Source: a virus (lineage: Duplodnaviria; Caudoviricetes). From it: a stretch of DNA of 64,000 bases. The translations under genes and the position numbers were made by a program. Below, one piece after another: positions 46,114 through 55,762 of this stretch; within the stretch, counting starts at the first letter, position 1; the number at the start of each line of letters is the position of its first letter. Below the pieces are notes generated by a model. It saw only the letters and a list, made by a program, of their open reading frames with translations. It searched no databases and was not told where the DNA came from. The stretch lies in IMG/VR virus record IMGVR_UViG_3300008954_000001; one strand, 5' to 3'.

Positions 46114-47040
46114 CTACCAATCTTCGCTCAAAAGTCCTTCTAAATCATCATCGTTGAGGCCAACGACACTCACCTTCTTACTCCCTCCGTTTGAGGGGGC
46201 TTCCTTGATGGCATCCAAAGCGGAATCCGCCTTCTCGTCTGTCGCTGCGCCGACCAACATAGTACCCAACTCATCCTCGTCCTCATCTGCATCCTCGTCA
46301 TCGCACAGACCGTAGTCGGGGCCGTCAATTTCGGGTTCAAGAGAGTTAGGATCTTTTTCGTCGGAATCGGACTCTGTGGTGGGGTCGAACTTCTCTTCGT
46401 CGTCCAAGATCCCCGCCAGTTCGTCAACATCACCAACCACAGACTCAACGAGACTTCCCGATGAGCTTGAGGAAGGGCCTTGCCAACTTTGAACAGGCTT
46501 TACTGTTTGGTCGGGTGGTGGAGAACTCCCCCACATGGCTCCCAAGGAAACCTCTTCTCCGATCAAACGGATTTGATCTCGGAGTCGCCCTTGAGTGTCT
46601 TTAAGGTCGCCCTTCTTACACCGCACAACCGTAATAGCACTCTTAACTTCTTCTACGGCTTGTTCGATCTTTCGCACCAACCCCGTTTCAGATCGAAGTT
46701 TGGTGTTGGCAATCGCTTCTCGATCTTTCACGCTCCGTCCCGCACGAACTTCAGGATCTGAAGTAAGCAAGTCTTGAACACTCAAATCCAAACGGGCTTG
46801 TGCCGCTCGGAGCTTTCTATTGAGGTTGGTCAAATCACGGGACAGACTGATCTCGATCTCAGTGCATCGAGACACAAGCCTTTTGCAGTAAGCGACCTTA
46901 CCGTTCACCCTCTTGGGACCGAACCGGATCGGGTCATCGTCCAAATCGACCCCCATTTCGGAGATTTCCCCATACATAACGTCAATGTAGGAGGGGTCGA
47001 AAGCAAAGGCTTCCGTATCCTGATTAGGTGGTTGAGTCAT
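46114..47040 (-). CDS. Hypothetical coiled-coil protein with acidic C-terminus (308 aa)
   Basis: Long heptad N-terminal half and D/E-rich tail. Confidence 0.65.
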   Translation of the reverse strand: MTQPPNQDTEAFAFDPSYIDVMYGEISEMGVDLDDDPIRFGPKRVNGKVAYCKRLVSRCTEIEISLSRDLTNLNRKLRAAQARLDLSVQDLLTSDPEVRAGRSVKDREAIANTKLRSETGLVRKIEQAVEEVKSAITVVRCKKGDLKDTQGRLRDQIRLIGEEVSLGAMWGSSPPPDQTVKPVQSWQGPSSSSSGSLVESVVGDVDELAGILDDEEKFDPTTESDSDEKDPNSLEPEIDGPDYGLCDDEDADEDEDELGTMLVGAATDEKADSALDAIKEAPSNGGSKKVSVVGLNDDDLEGLLSEDW

Positions 47041-47527
47041 GTGCCATCTCCTTCAGCTTCGAGCCATAACGAGATCGCAACTGTCGAATCTCGTGATCTC
47101 GATCCGTTTCAGAAATATCCCCAGCCAAAAAAGCCCCGTCAATCGCCGCCGTATCCGCCTTAAATTGGAGGATCGCCAAAGCAAGAGAGGCTTCTTTCAA
47201 ACTCATGCCCGAAACACTACCTTCGACCACATCGATCTCGGAGTCGTCTCGAACTGAATCCCACTCTGAACTGAAAGCCACGAAATGATCTCCCCGCTTC
47301 GTTTTCACACAGCGAGTAGCCGTTACCTTCGTGATCTTCATCTTATTTTTCACAGATAGAAGAAGATCCCGCACCTTATTCGACTCGGAAACCCCGTTAT
47401 CAGGGGTTTCCACAACAACTTCACCCTCTACAGGGGTTGCTTGAACAGGGGGCTTCTTCTTTGTAGCCGCCTTCTTACGGCTTTTCGGCTTCTTTGTTAC
47501 CGCTTTTGTAGTTTTTGATTGGTCCAT
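47024..47527 (-). CDS. Hypothetical protein with Lys-rich N-terminus
   Basis: Start ATG 47527 (MDQSK) with GAGGA RBS. Confidence 0.6.
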   Translation of the reverse strand: MDQSKTTKAVTKKPKSRKKAATKKKPPVQATPVEGEVVVETPDNGVSESNKVRDLLLSVKNKMKITKVTATRCVKTKRGDHFVAFSSEWDSVRDDSEIDVVEGSVSGMSLKEASLALAILQFKADTAAIDGAFLAGDISETDRDHEIRQLRSRYGSKLKEMAHDSTT

Positions 47528-47580
47528 TTGTCTTGTCCTCCGCAATCGGGGTTTCTCAGGTTTTATTACCGCACAGGGGG

Positions 47581-49896
47581 TTATTGGGGCACCCCGTCCA
47601 GAATACGGACACCCAAAGCTGAATTTCGTAGGCTTTCTTTATTGGAGAGCACCGCACGGTGTAGGGCAGAGGCCACACCTACCAAGATGACCTTCTTCCT
47701 CGCACGGGTCACAGCCGTATAAATCAGGTTCCTTTGTAGCTGTCTCCCAAAGGACTCCAAGATAGGCATAACGATAATGTCGTATTCTTGGCCTTGGCTC
47801 TTATGAATCGTTTGAGCATAAGCGAGCCGAAGCAAGCGGTTTGCTGTTTTAGTATCCATAGAGACATAGGAAGCCACTGGCCCGTGGATCTTGACTCGAA
47901 CAAACTTATTCTTCAAATCGATCTCGGAAACCTTGCCCACATCCCCGTTATAGATACCAAGAGTGTAGTCATTGGCCGTAATCATCACTCGGTCGCCTTC
48001 TCGAATATGCCCCGACGCAACTCGAAGTTGACGACAACCCTGACCAGCGGGGTTCAACATTGCCCGTAATTCAGAGTTCAGGTTTGTGACACCAGCGATC
48101 CCCTTATGCCGTGGAGATAACACCTGAAAGTTGGACTCCCTCTCATAGAGCTTGTTGACGGCCTTCAAGATGATGTCCAAAGCGGCATCTTCGCTATTAG
48201 CGGTAATTAAAGAGAAGTCTTTCCCAATCTCAGGCATTTCCCCCGCATGGATAGCGTGGGCCGCTTGTACAATGTCAGACGTTTCGGCCTGTCTGAAAAT
48301 CTCCGTAAGACGCACCTTGGGAACACAATCCGCCCCGATTAGATCACGGAGAACATTTCCTGGCCCCACACTCGGAAGCTGTGCGTGATCCCCCATCAAA
48401 ACCAGATGGGCATCCTCTCGAAGTGCTCCGACGATCCGTGAAAAGGCTTCGATATCAAGCATCGAGGACTCGTCTACCACCACAAATTGTGCTGGATGGC
48501 GGCTATTCACACCGTAAGACCACGACCCCCACGACCCCTTCGCTGACTCCGAACTTCCGACAGCTTCCCCCACAATACCTTCGTAAGAGCTATCCCTGTT
48601 CTTGGTGTCTTTAGGTTTGCCCCCCAAAGCTCGGTGAACCGTACAGGCTGAAGTCACTCCAGTAATGTTCGCTACCCGCTTGGCTGCGATCCCCGTAGGG
48701 GCCAGCAACAACACGTCAAGGTTTTCACTCTTGTCCGATGCCGTCTGGAAACCCAAACTATGAAGAACCTGAACCAACACCTTTAAGGAAGTGGTTTTCC
48801 CTGTTCCTGGGAGGCCACTGAATACAGAAATCGGGGAAGTTAGGGCGTTCTCGACCCCAAGACATTGATCCTCAGTCAACTCAAAGCTCATGTCTTTAGC
48901 TGTTTGCTGAACCATCTTCCGAACCTTGTTTCGGAAGGACTTCTCATTCCACCGTTTAGGCAGCATCCCAAGAACGCTCATCGCAGAAGGAACCGTAAGC
49001 TCCTTCTTTGGAGCACTCAACATCTCCTTCACACGAACAGCAGCGTCTCGTTCAAAGCGGTGCATATCTGGAGCGTACAGCAACTTCCCCATAGGCAAAT
49101 CCCGCTCAATTACTACACTCCCCTTCTTGTGAGCAGCCGCTAAACTTGGGGCTATCTCTTCGTTAGTTAGTCGTGGACAACGGGATTGAATCTCCCCAAG
49201 CACCTGACCCAACGTCAAATAGGTGTGGCCTGTGCTACACGCTTCTCGCACAGATGCCGCACAGACACCCTGCACCCTATAAGGAGAGTCCAAAGGAACC
49301 TCCAACTTTTGAGCCAAGGTATCCCCACGGGCTAAAGAGAAGCCCGCTTCCGTGATCGCCCATGGGTTTTCCGTAACAACCTCAATGCAATCCGTACCAA
49401 AAATCCTGTACAACTTACTGACTTCAGATCCACTAAAGCCCAAATCCATTAGGACAGGGATGGTGTCGTAAAACAGGCGGGTCTTTGTCCAAGTTCGAGC
49501 CAAATGGAGGGCTTCAAACTGTGTAAGATCCCCTTTCTCTTGGAGAAGGTCTTCATCAGAAAGGGAGTCGAATAGGTTTTCTCCGAAAACCTTGTCCAGC
49601 CGTTCCATCGTTAGGGAGCTACAACCGTTCGCTACCAAGGCCCGCTTGATCTTTTCGTTCGACCAACCACCTTCAACAGCGGGGGCTTGGTGAATCTTGA
49701 CCTGATCGCCATGCGTCTGGTCATTAACCCACTCCCCTTTAATCCCTAACCATGTACCCGAAGAAGGAGGAGAGCCGATTACAGGCCCCTTAAAGGTGGC
49801 CGAACCACCCTGATCTAAGGCCAGCTTAAAGATGTAGAAAGGTTGAGACTCGTCAGCGAAAATAACCCTGTCTACAACACCGCTAAAATACATCAT
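47581..49896 (-). CDS. RecD2-like SF1B helicase
   Basis: N-terminal OB-like region, SGLPGTGKTT, LAPTGIAAKR, VVVDESSM, GDHAQLPSVGPG, IFRQ, LAYAQTIHKSQGQE, YTAVTRAR. Confidence 0.92.
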   Translation of the reverse strand: MMYFSGVVDRVIFADESQPFYIFKLALDQGGSATFKGPVIGSPPSSGTWLGIKGEWVNDQTHGDQVKIHQAPAVEGGWSNEKIKRALVANGCSSLTMERLDKVFGENLFDSLSDEDLLQEKGDLTQFEALHLARTWTKTRLFYDTIPVLMDLGFSGSEVSKLYRIFGTDCIEVVTENPWAITEAGFSLARGDTLAQKLEVPLDSPYRVQGVCAASVREACSTGHTYLTLGQVLGEIQSRCPRLTNEEIAPSLAAAHKKGSVVIERDLPMGKLLYAPDMHRFERDAAVRVKEMLSAPKKELTVPSAMSVLGMLPKRWNEKSFRNKVRKMVQQTAKDMSFELTEDQCLGVENALTSPISVFSGLPGTGKTTSLKVLVQVLHSLGFQTASDKSENLDVLLLAPTGIAAKRVANITGVTSACTVHRALGGKPKDTKNRDSSYEGIVGEAVGSSESAKGSWGSWSYGVNSRHPAQFVVVDESSMLDIEAFSRIVGALREDAHLVLMGDHAQLPSVGPGNVLRDLIGADCVPKVRLTEIFRQAETSDIVQAAHAIHAGEMPEIGKDFSLITANSEDAALDIILKAVNKLYERESNFQVLSPRHKGIAGVTNLNSELRAMLNPAGQGCRQLRVASGHIREGDRVMITANDYTLGIYNGDVGKVSEIDLKNKFVRVKIHGPVASYVSMDTKTANRLLRLAYAQTIHKSQGQEYDIIVMPILESFGRQLQRNLIYTAVTRARKKVILVGVASALHRAVLSNKESLRNSALGVRILDGVPQ

Positions 49897-50390
49897 TTCT
49901 TCGTCCCGTCGAACAAGCCATTCAATGCTTCAGACAATTTACCCATTGCCTGATGCGCCCGTTCTTCGGCAGAACGAATCGCTTCCACATCCTTTGCGGT
50001 GCGATCTAACTTCCCCAAGTTCAAGTCAGAGATGAGGTCATCCAACTTGTCCACATCATCCACAATCTTGAAGTCGAGGTTCACGATGGCCAGCGTACAA
50101 CGCTCACCTTCTAAAGCATTAAGTTCAAAGACTTGGTTCCCAAGACGGTAAAGGCCCCCCACACCAGTATCTTCGGGGCCATTCAAAACACCGTCCCCCT
50201 TCACCATAAAAAGCATACTGGTTTCGGGTAGGGCCGCATTTGCGGGGTGGTGCGAAAGAAGTAGTCGTACCTCATACCCAAAATAAGTGGCTAAAAGGGC
50301 TTCAATGTTAGTGCCATCAATGTGCAGAGCACCATCGACCCTCTCGGCCATGCCCGTCAGATTATCTACTATTGGTTGGTTTTCCACCAT
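49893..50390 (-). CDS. Hypothetical protein
   Basis: Probable start ATG 50390 with GAGGG RBS; overlap-coupled to recD2. Confidence 0.6.
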   Translation of the reverse strand: MVENQPIVDNLTGMAERVDGALHIDGTNIEALLATYFGYEVRLLLSHHPANAALPETSMLFMVKGDGVLNGPEDTGVGGLYRLGNQVFELNALEGERCTLAIVNLDFKIVDDVDKLDDLISDLNLGKLDRTAKDVEAIRSAEERAHQAMGKLSEALNGLFDGTKK

Positions 50391-51156
50391 AAGTTGCCCT
50401 CTCAAGTACACCTTCTATTACCGAATCCCCCGTAAAACAGACACAGGTATAGTCGTGAATTCCGTCCCATACAGGTACGTCATAGAAGTCGCCTAACCCA
50501 TACTGTTCAAAAACAGTATCCATAGACTTTCTCCAAAAAGGCATGGCCAAGCAGGTTTTCAAGCCTTTCTCTTCGTCCCACTCATTCACGTAATCCTGCC
50601 CAAAGGTGTGTGATCCCGTACAGCCGCCAGGAGACTCCCCGACAAGGATTAGTGGGATCTGCTTCTCCTTGCACAAAAGCATCAACTCTTGGTCAAGGGT
50701 TGACTCATATGGAATCCAAGAAGCAAACACCACATCGGGGTTTCTACCCCTTACCGCTTCCAAGGCTTCTTGTTGGATTATTTCAGGATGCCCACCCACG
50801 GGGATGTGGGTTTCTGTTGCTTCCCAAGCAACACCACGCTTTCGCATGAGGTCGATTAAGACCCCTCGACCAGCACAAACCTCCAGAACCTTGTTGTTCT
50901 TGAGAAGTCGAGCCATCGAATCAAGCCACTCTACGGTAAAAACGGCCCACGACACTTGGGCCGTGTAATACTCTCTGGCCCTATAAGCCGAAGCAAAGTC
51001 GATGCTTCGTAGGAGCTTATACGCATGGTAATACTCGTCGTGCGTAAGCAAGCCCCCACGACCCCGTTCCACCAAAGAACGTAGAACGGGCCATGCCTTT
51101 GACGGAACACGGAACTCCACTTCCGACAAATCCCTATCGTGGTATGCGTTCTCCAT
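50362..51156 (-). CDS. Class I SAM-dependent methyltransferase-like protein, substrate unknown
   Basis: KVLEVCAGRG (motif I), WEATE, DVVFASW, LILVGE. Confidence 0.6.
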   Translation of the reverse strand: MENAYHDRDLSEVEFRVPSKAWPVLRSLVERGRGGLLTHDEYYHAYKLLRSIDFASAYRAREYYTAQVSWAVFTVEWLDSMARLLKNNKVLEVCAGRGVLIDLMRKRGVAWEATETHIPVGGHPEIIQQEALEAVRGRNPDVVFASWIPYESTLDQELMLLCKEKQIPLILVGESPGGCTGSHTFGQDYVNEWDEEKGLKTCLAMPFWRKSMDTVFEQYGLGDFYDVPVWDGIHDYTCVCFTGDSVIEGVLERATYGGKPTNSR

Positions 51157-51194
51157 ATCTCGGAATACCGATAATATGGAGAATTAGCCCCCTG

Positions 51195-51308
51195 CTACTC
51201 ATCGGGTCCGTCGAAATGGACCTTACCCTTTTTGAGAATGTACCAAAGGGTAAGACAAGTTGCCCCCACCATCACCGCCACAGAGCCGATAAACAGTGCG
51301 ATTTCCAT
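51195..51308 (-). CDS. Small single-pass membrane protein (37 aa); not in the ORF track
   Basis: MEIALFIGSVAVMVGATCLTLWYILKKGKVHFDGPDE*, starting 3 nt after the nrdJ stop. Confidence 0.45.
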   Translation of the reverse strand: MEIALFIGSVAVMVGATCLTLWYILKKGKVHFDGPDE

Positions 51309-51311
51309 CGG

Positions 51312-53411
51312 TTAGGCAGACCCGAAGCTGACCGTACAAGTTTCACCGTCGCAGAACTTATCGTCTGCTTCGTGTTGCGCCATAGTCAAATCCAACGGCT
51401 TAATCTTCGCCATTAGTTTCTCGTATTTAGCTTTGGTGATCTCAATGTAAGGTGCTTGCACATAACCATGCTCATCAATCGGAAGTAGCGAGATCGACTT
51501 CAACTGATCCTCGTACACCGACAAACAAGTGGCGATATCTTTCGCTTCTTCAGGCTTGAAAGTAACCGTAATACTAACTTGGTTGTCGGCCCAGTATTTC
51601 TGCATGTCAGCCGCATTAGCAAACTGCTCCCACATGGTCACATCACTCTTCGACTTAATGAAATGCTTCTCATGGACAGGGAAGCTCACAACCCACGAGT
51701 TAGGCTGATAGGCGCACTTCTCCATTGGATACCCCGCCTTCTTGACCACAGCCACCAGTGGAGAGGACGCAATCAGTCGAATATTACGGATGTAGTATTC
51801 GGCATGGGGGTAGTGAATCCCTGGCGTAGCCCCACAGAGTAGGCTTACCGTGCCTGACGGTTTTACGCTGGTCATCTTCCTACTGGAAGGCACACAAAGC
51901 CAATCCGAGTAGATCGTATCGAGATTGCGGATATAGTTGTACCCCTCATCACACCAACGTAGGAACTCTCGGCGGCCCAACTTGACCATCGCCTGAATGA
52001 TTCCCGACTGAGAGCACCCAATACGGCGATTTCTCAACATAACGGCGTTTGTTCGAGCGTCATGTGTGGGGATCAAGGTCACAGTTTTTGCATACAAATA
52101 CGCAAACTTGAGGGTTCTTTGGTAATCCTCAAAAGAATCGTGATGGGCAGGGAAAGTCTCAACCAAGCAGCAAAGCTCGAAGCTCTCCAAGCTCTGCTCA
52201 GAGCAGGGATTTGATCCCATCACCCGACGATCTTTGTCGTTTCGGGCATCTTTGAGCCGACCGTAACCACGAATAGCATCTAACCAAATGACCCCTGGCT
52301 CGCCGTTAGTGGCGATGGCCTCGGAGATTTCCTCGTAATCCATCCCAATCGTGCCAAAAATACTATTGTTCGAGGCCCATCGGTGGGTACGAAGAGGGTG
52401 CTTTTCGATCTTCCGCTCCAAGGAGAGGGCTTGTTTGCTGTCTCCCTTACCTTTGGACTTCAAGTTTCCAAGTTCCTCCACCCAACGATTGAGTTTGGTG
52501 GGATCTTTCAAGGCCCTGAATTCTTTGTCGTCGGGATCACCAAACATGATCTCAGCAGTACGGCGGACTCCGCCCGCAACAACGCACTTTCCAACCATGT
52601 TGAAGATATCAACGATCTGAGAAGATCCGATCCGATAAGGCTTTTCATCTTTCGGCATCAAAAGCGTAGTTAGCTCGGATACCAACGTCTTTAAGGGTTC
52701 GGGACCAGAGGCCACGCCACCAAACCCGTTGATTGGGGTTCCTTCAAGACGCACTTCGGAAAAGTCGATGTTGAGCGGGTAGTACCCCTTGCCCACAAAG
52801 CTGTTCAAGATTGTGCGAGCCAACTCAACCCAACCTTCTCTGGAATCCTCTACAACGTAAGGCTCCGTCCGGGATCGGGGGTTCTGAATCTTAACTTTGC
52901 CCGCACCCCGGCAGTCGCCACCTACGCCTACGCCAAGCATCGACATATCCATCAAGAAGCAAAACGGGGCCGCAAAATCGGTTTCAATGTCCTTTGTGGA
53001 CACGAACGCACAGTTGTTCAGGGCCGCCGAACCCTTCTCATAAATAACATCGGTCCCCATCGTCCACAGCCCACGGCCAGGAGGGGTCCATTTGAATGAC
53101 CACATTCGCTCGTACATCTCTTGGGCTGATTTCTGTGCCTTGGGTTCATTCCAAGGCAGACTGAGCTTCCGACAATGAATCTTCTGAACATTGAAGGTGC
53201 CTTCAATCACCCGCCGACACGTCTCCCACCACTCTTCGGTCATTCCATCTTCTTTCACCCGTGCGTAAGTACGCTTGTAGGTGAAATGGCCTGTTGGCCC
53301 CCACTGTGGTTGTCGTGTCTTGTAATCTTCCATAAAGGACTCGCTGAGAGAAAAGACTCGCACTTTTCTTCCATCAGCCCCTTCGGGGAAGAACTCATAA
53401 TTTAATCCCAT
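51312..53411 (-). CDS. nrdJ: Adenosylcobalamin-dependent (class II, RTPR-type) ribonucleotide reductase
   Basis: PPGRGLW, NNCAF, GGVRRTA, NPCSE, CCLVE, TSVKPSGT and C-terminal FCDGETC. Start ATG 53411 with GGAGG RBS. Confidence 0.93.
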   Translation of the reverse strand: MGLNYEFFPEGADGRKVRVFSLSESFMEDYKTRQPQWGPTGHFTYKRTYARVKEDGMTEEWWETCRRVIEGTFNVQKIHCRKLSLPWNEPKAQKSAQEMYERMWSFKWTPPGRGLWTMGTDVIYEKGSAALNNCAFVSTKDIETDFAAPFCFLMDMSMLGVGVGGDCRGAGKVKIQNPRSRTEPYVVEDSREGWVELARTILNSFVGKGYYPLNIDFSEVRLEGTPINGFGGVASGPEPLKTLVSELTTLLMPKDEKPYRIGSSQIVDIFNMVGKCVVAGGVRRTAEIMFGDPDDKEFRALKDPTKLNRWVEELGNLKSKGKGDSKQALSLERKIEKHPLRTHRWASNNSIFGTIGMDYEEISEAIATNGEPGVIWLDAIRGYGRLKDARNDKDRRVMGSNPCSEQSLESFELCCLVETFPAHHDSFEDYQRTLKFAYLYAKTVTLIPTHDARTNAVMLRNRRIGCSQSGIIQAMVKLGRREFLRWCDEGYNYIRNLDTIYSDWLCVPSSRKMTSVKPSGTVSLLCGATPGIHYPHAEYYIRNIRLIASSPLVAVVKKAGYPMEKCAYQPNSWVVSFPVHEKHFIKSKSDVTMWEQFANAADMQKYWADNQVSITVTFKPEEAKDIATCLSVYEDQLKSISLLPIDEHGYVQAPYIEITKAKYEKLMAKIKPLDLTMAQHEADDKFCDGETCTVSFGSA

Positions 53412-53453
53412 TTGTTTTATCCTCCGCATCAAGGTCGAAAGTAGCTTCCGTTA

Positions 53454-54443
53454 TCAGGGGTCAATCAAGCGTCTACCGACACCCCTGCGTTCGTGGATGG
53501 CCCTTACGACCTGACACACTAAGCTATTGAAAGGGGCGACGGCTCCCGCCTTGACGGAATTTTCCGCCTCTGCCAAAGCACTTAGGAGTGAAGCGCACCC
53601 CTTCGACCCCCATTTCCGTGCGGGAGGAAGAACTTGGTTTTTCAAGTACCAAGAATTTTTTCCCAAGCGTTGAGCTACTAAATCTAAAGAAATCTTATTT
53701 TCGTGGGCGTGAGAAACCGCTAACCAAAGTAGAACCCTTTTCGACAAAAGCGCACAGGTCCACATGGTTGGGTCTTTGCCCGCATATTGTTGAACTCGGA
53801 GGGCGGCGGCCAAGAACTTCTTAGCGGATAGTGCCTCTAATGGGGCTATCAACGCTTCTGGCCCAACCTCCGAGATCGGGGCCATTACTCGCTTGACGTG
53901 GGTGGCTTCAATCGTTGGGGAGCCTTCCAGCCCTGCCAGCATGGAGGCTTTTTTGATCTCCCACCAAAGCGTTGCCAAGTCGGTCCCAACTCGACCCACC
54001 AAGGATGTTGAAAGAGCCTTGGTAATCGGTGTTCCCATCGCTTTTGCGATGCTTACTCCGAAATCTGCTGCGTAAGGTGTTTGTTCCCACGGCTTTGTTG
54101 GTGTGATGTACGCATACGCACGAGAAGTCTTTTCAACTACTTTCTTGAATAGTTTAGAAGACTTGGGGATCGTGCTGTCTTGAATCAGAACCAACCGTAA
54201 AGTCTCGTCAGATCGCCCGACCGCATCGATCACCCCTTCAAGGTCTTTCAACGGCTGCTTTACGATGATGGCTAATGGTTCGGAAAAGAACACGGAGCCT
54301 GACAAGGCATCTAAGACGGACCCTTTGTTGTTCCCGTCTACGGACTCTATTCGGAAGCCTTGTGTGTAAAGCTCGTTCTGAAGGCTCTGCGAATGACGGG
54401 AAATCCGAAAACTACAATTCCCATGGATTACGTCCACATTCAT
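53454..54443 (-). CDS. holA: DNA polymerase III delta subunit-like
   Basis: SVFFSEPLAIIV, LVGRVGTDLATLWWEIKKA, HVKRV and helical collar ending LAEAENSVKAG. Adjacent to the holB-like gene. Confidence 0.7.
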   Translation of the reverse strand: MNVDVIHGNCSFRISRHSQSLQNELYTQGFRIESVDGNNKGSVLDALSGSVFFSEPLAIIVKQPLKDLEGVIDAVGRSDETLRLVLIQDSTIPKSSKLFKKVVEKTSRAYAYITPTKPWEQTPYAADFGVSIAKAMGTPITKALSTSLVGRVGTDLATLWWEIKKASMLAGLEGSPTIEATHVKRVMAPISEVGPEALIAPLEALSAKKFLAAALRVQQYAGKDPTMWTCALLSKRVLLWLAVSHAHENKISLDLVAQRLGKNSWYLKNQVLPPARKWGSKGCASLLSALAEAENSVKAGAVAPFNSLVCQVVRAIHERRGVGRRLIDP

Positions 54444-55054
54444 TTTTCAATACCTGCGTTGGCCAATGCCGCAGATACTGATGCGATACTTTCACGCCCA
54501 AGGACATTCTTCATGAGCAACCACATGCGAGGCTCGAACTCTCGTTTTGAGAGATGGTCCAAGGCGGCATCCAAGACGGTTTTGGGGTCGTGCTTTAGCA
54601 TCAACTCCCCAATGGTGGTCCCGTTTCCCGCCAAGGCTTCTTCGATTAGCTTTGGGTCGATTTCTTCTGAGGTGGAGGACTCGCCATAAGACCAAACGGC
54701 TTGGCATCGAGATCGGATCGTTTTCGGAACTTCGCCTAAATCAAAAGCCCACAAAAACGGTCGGGTGTAGTGGCTGGGTTCTTCGATTATCTTGAGAAGG
54801 GCATCCGCAGCCTCAAAGGTAGCCAAGTCCATCGGTCCAAGAACCACGGAACCAAAAGCATCCGAAGCTGGTGGCATGTTGTGGAGACGAAGCATCTCTC
54901 TGGAGTCATCCTTACGAAGCCCTTTTTCTCCCCCTAAAACAGCGAGGATTCGCCCGTATTGCCCTGCGGCTTCCATAGCCGCATCCTGAGCACCTTGACC
55001 GTGAAACAGGCTTACGGAGGCTCCTACAAGCGATGTCTCGATCCGCTGCTCCAT
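54440..55054 (-). CDS. holB: DNA polymerase III delta-prime subunit-like (short, degenerate P-loop)
   Basis: AADALLKIIEEP and VPKTIRSRCQ (SRC motif); SLFHGQG is a degenerate Walker A. Confidence 0.7.
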   Translation of the reverse strand: MEQRIETSLVGASVSLFHGQGAQDAAMEAAGQYGRILAVLGGEKGLRKDDSREMLRLHNMPPASDAFGSVVLGPMDLATFEAADALLKIIEEPSHYTRPFLWAFDLGEVPKTIRSRCQAVWSYGESSTSEEIDPKLIEEALAGNGTTIGELMLKHDPKTVLDAALDHLSKREFEPRMWLLMKNVLGRESIASVSAALANAGIEK

Positions 55055-55107
55055 GTCTCTCCCTTATCTAATTTCCATACCGAAAATTTGGCGGAAACGG
55101 ACACATC

Positions 55108-55296
55108 TCACAAAGAGATATGCCACGCCTTATTACAGGTGAGGCACGTGTAGCGATAAGCATGGCCGCCACTTGCGAGCTTCTTCTTGAAATCAAGCCG
55201 TGCCTGATTGCCCTCACAGCGTTGTGAGGCTTGGCAACGGATAAAGTGCAGTGGTTTTTTTGATGGTGGCGGCTGTTTTTGCTCTTGGTCTGTCAT
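55108..55296 (-). CDS. Small zinc-ribbon protein (62 aa)
   Basis: CQASQRC...YTCLTC. Confidence 0.55.
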   Translation of the reverse strand: MTDQEQKQPPPSKKPLHFIRCQASQRCEGNQARLDFKKKLASGGHAYRYTCLTCNKAWHISL

Positions 55297-55327
55297 GCGA
55301 TCCCCTCAATATCTTTGAGAGGGGATA

Positions 55328-55762
55328 CTACCCGCCAGCTTTAGCGTCCCAACCAGGAATACGAATCCCCGAAGGGTTTTGGGTCTGCTCTACATATTCA
55401 GGAGCGACCGCAGCCAAGGCTTCATACAAAATATCTTCGGCAATCTTCAGCAACGAACCAACATCTCGTTGTTGGAACATCACACTGATCGACGGACGGG
55501 ACAGGCTTAAAGAAGCGACTTTATCCTTGATGGCAAACCACAAGTCCCCACGGATGGCCGTAGGGGGAAAGGTCAAGCCCATAGGAGCAATCCCCGAAAC
55601 CTTTTGAGACAGCACAACAAACTTAGAAGGACCAGCAGCACCCGAAAGTGGGTAGTCAACTCTGGCCAATCCTAAACCATAAAACAGGATCGCTACGGTA
55701 TCTGGATGTACTTTCCTCACAGGAATCCCTCCACAGGAAAGATCCCGAAATAGGAACGTCAT
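55328..55762 (-). CDS. Hypothetical protein (144 aa), first gene of the leftward block
   Basis: ATG-initiated ORF just downstream of the non-coding divergence zone. Confidence 0.55.
   Translation of the reverse strand: MTFLFRDLSCGGIPVRKVHPDTVAILFYGLGLARVDYPLSGAAGPSKFVVLSQKVSGIAPMGLTFPPTAIRGDLWFAIKDKVASLSLSRPSISVMFQQRDVGSLLKIAEDILYEALAAVAPEYVEQTQNPSGIRIPGWDAKAGG

Noticed and set aside
22341-53411. Inteins, introns or homing endonucleases in terL, recA, dnaX, recD2 or nrdJ
   Set aside because: Protein lengths are near family norms, the motifs are contiguous, and no intein termini or LAGLIDADG/HNH motifs were seen.
32898-55054. Bacterial chromosome segment (dnaX, dnaN, recA, ruvC, holA/B, nusG)
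   Set aside because: The genes are diverged, co-oriented, tightly overlapped, mixed with phage-type hypotheticals and contiguous with a head module. The order does not match bacterial housekeeping loci.
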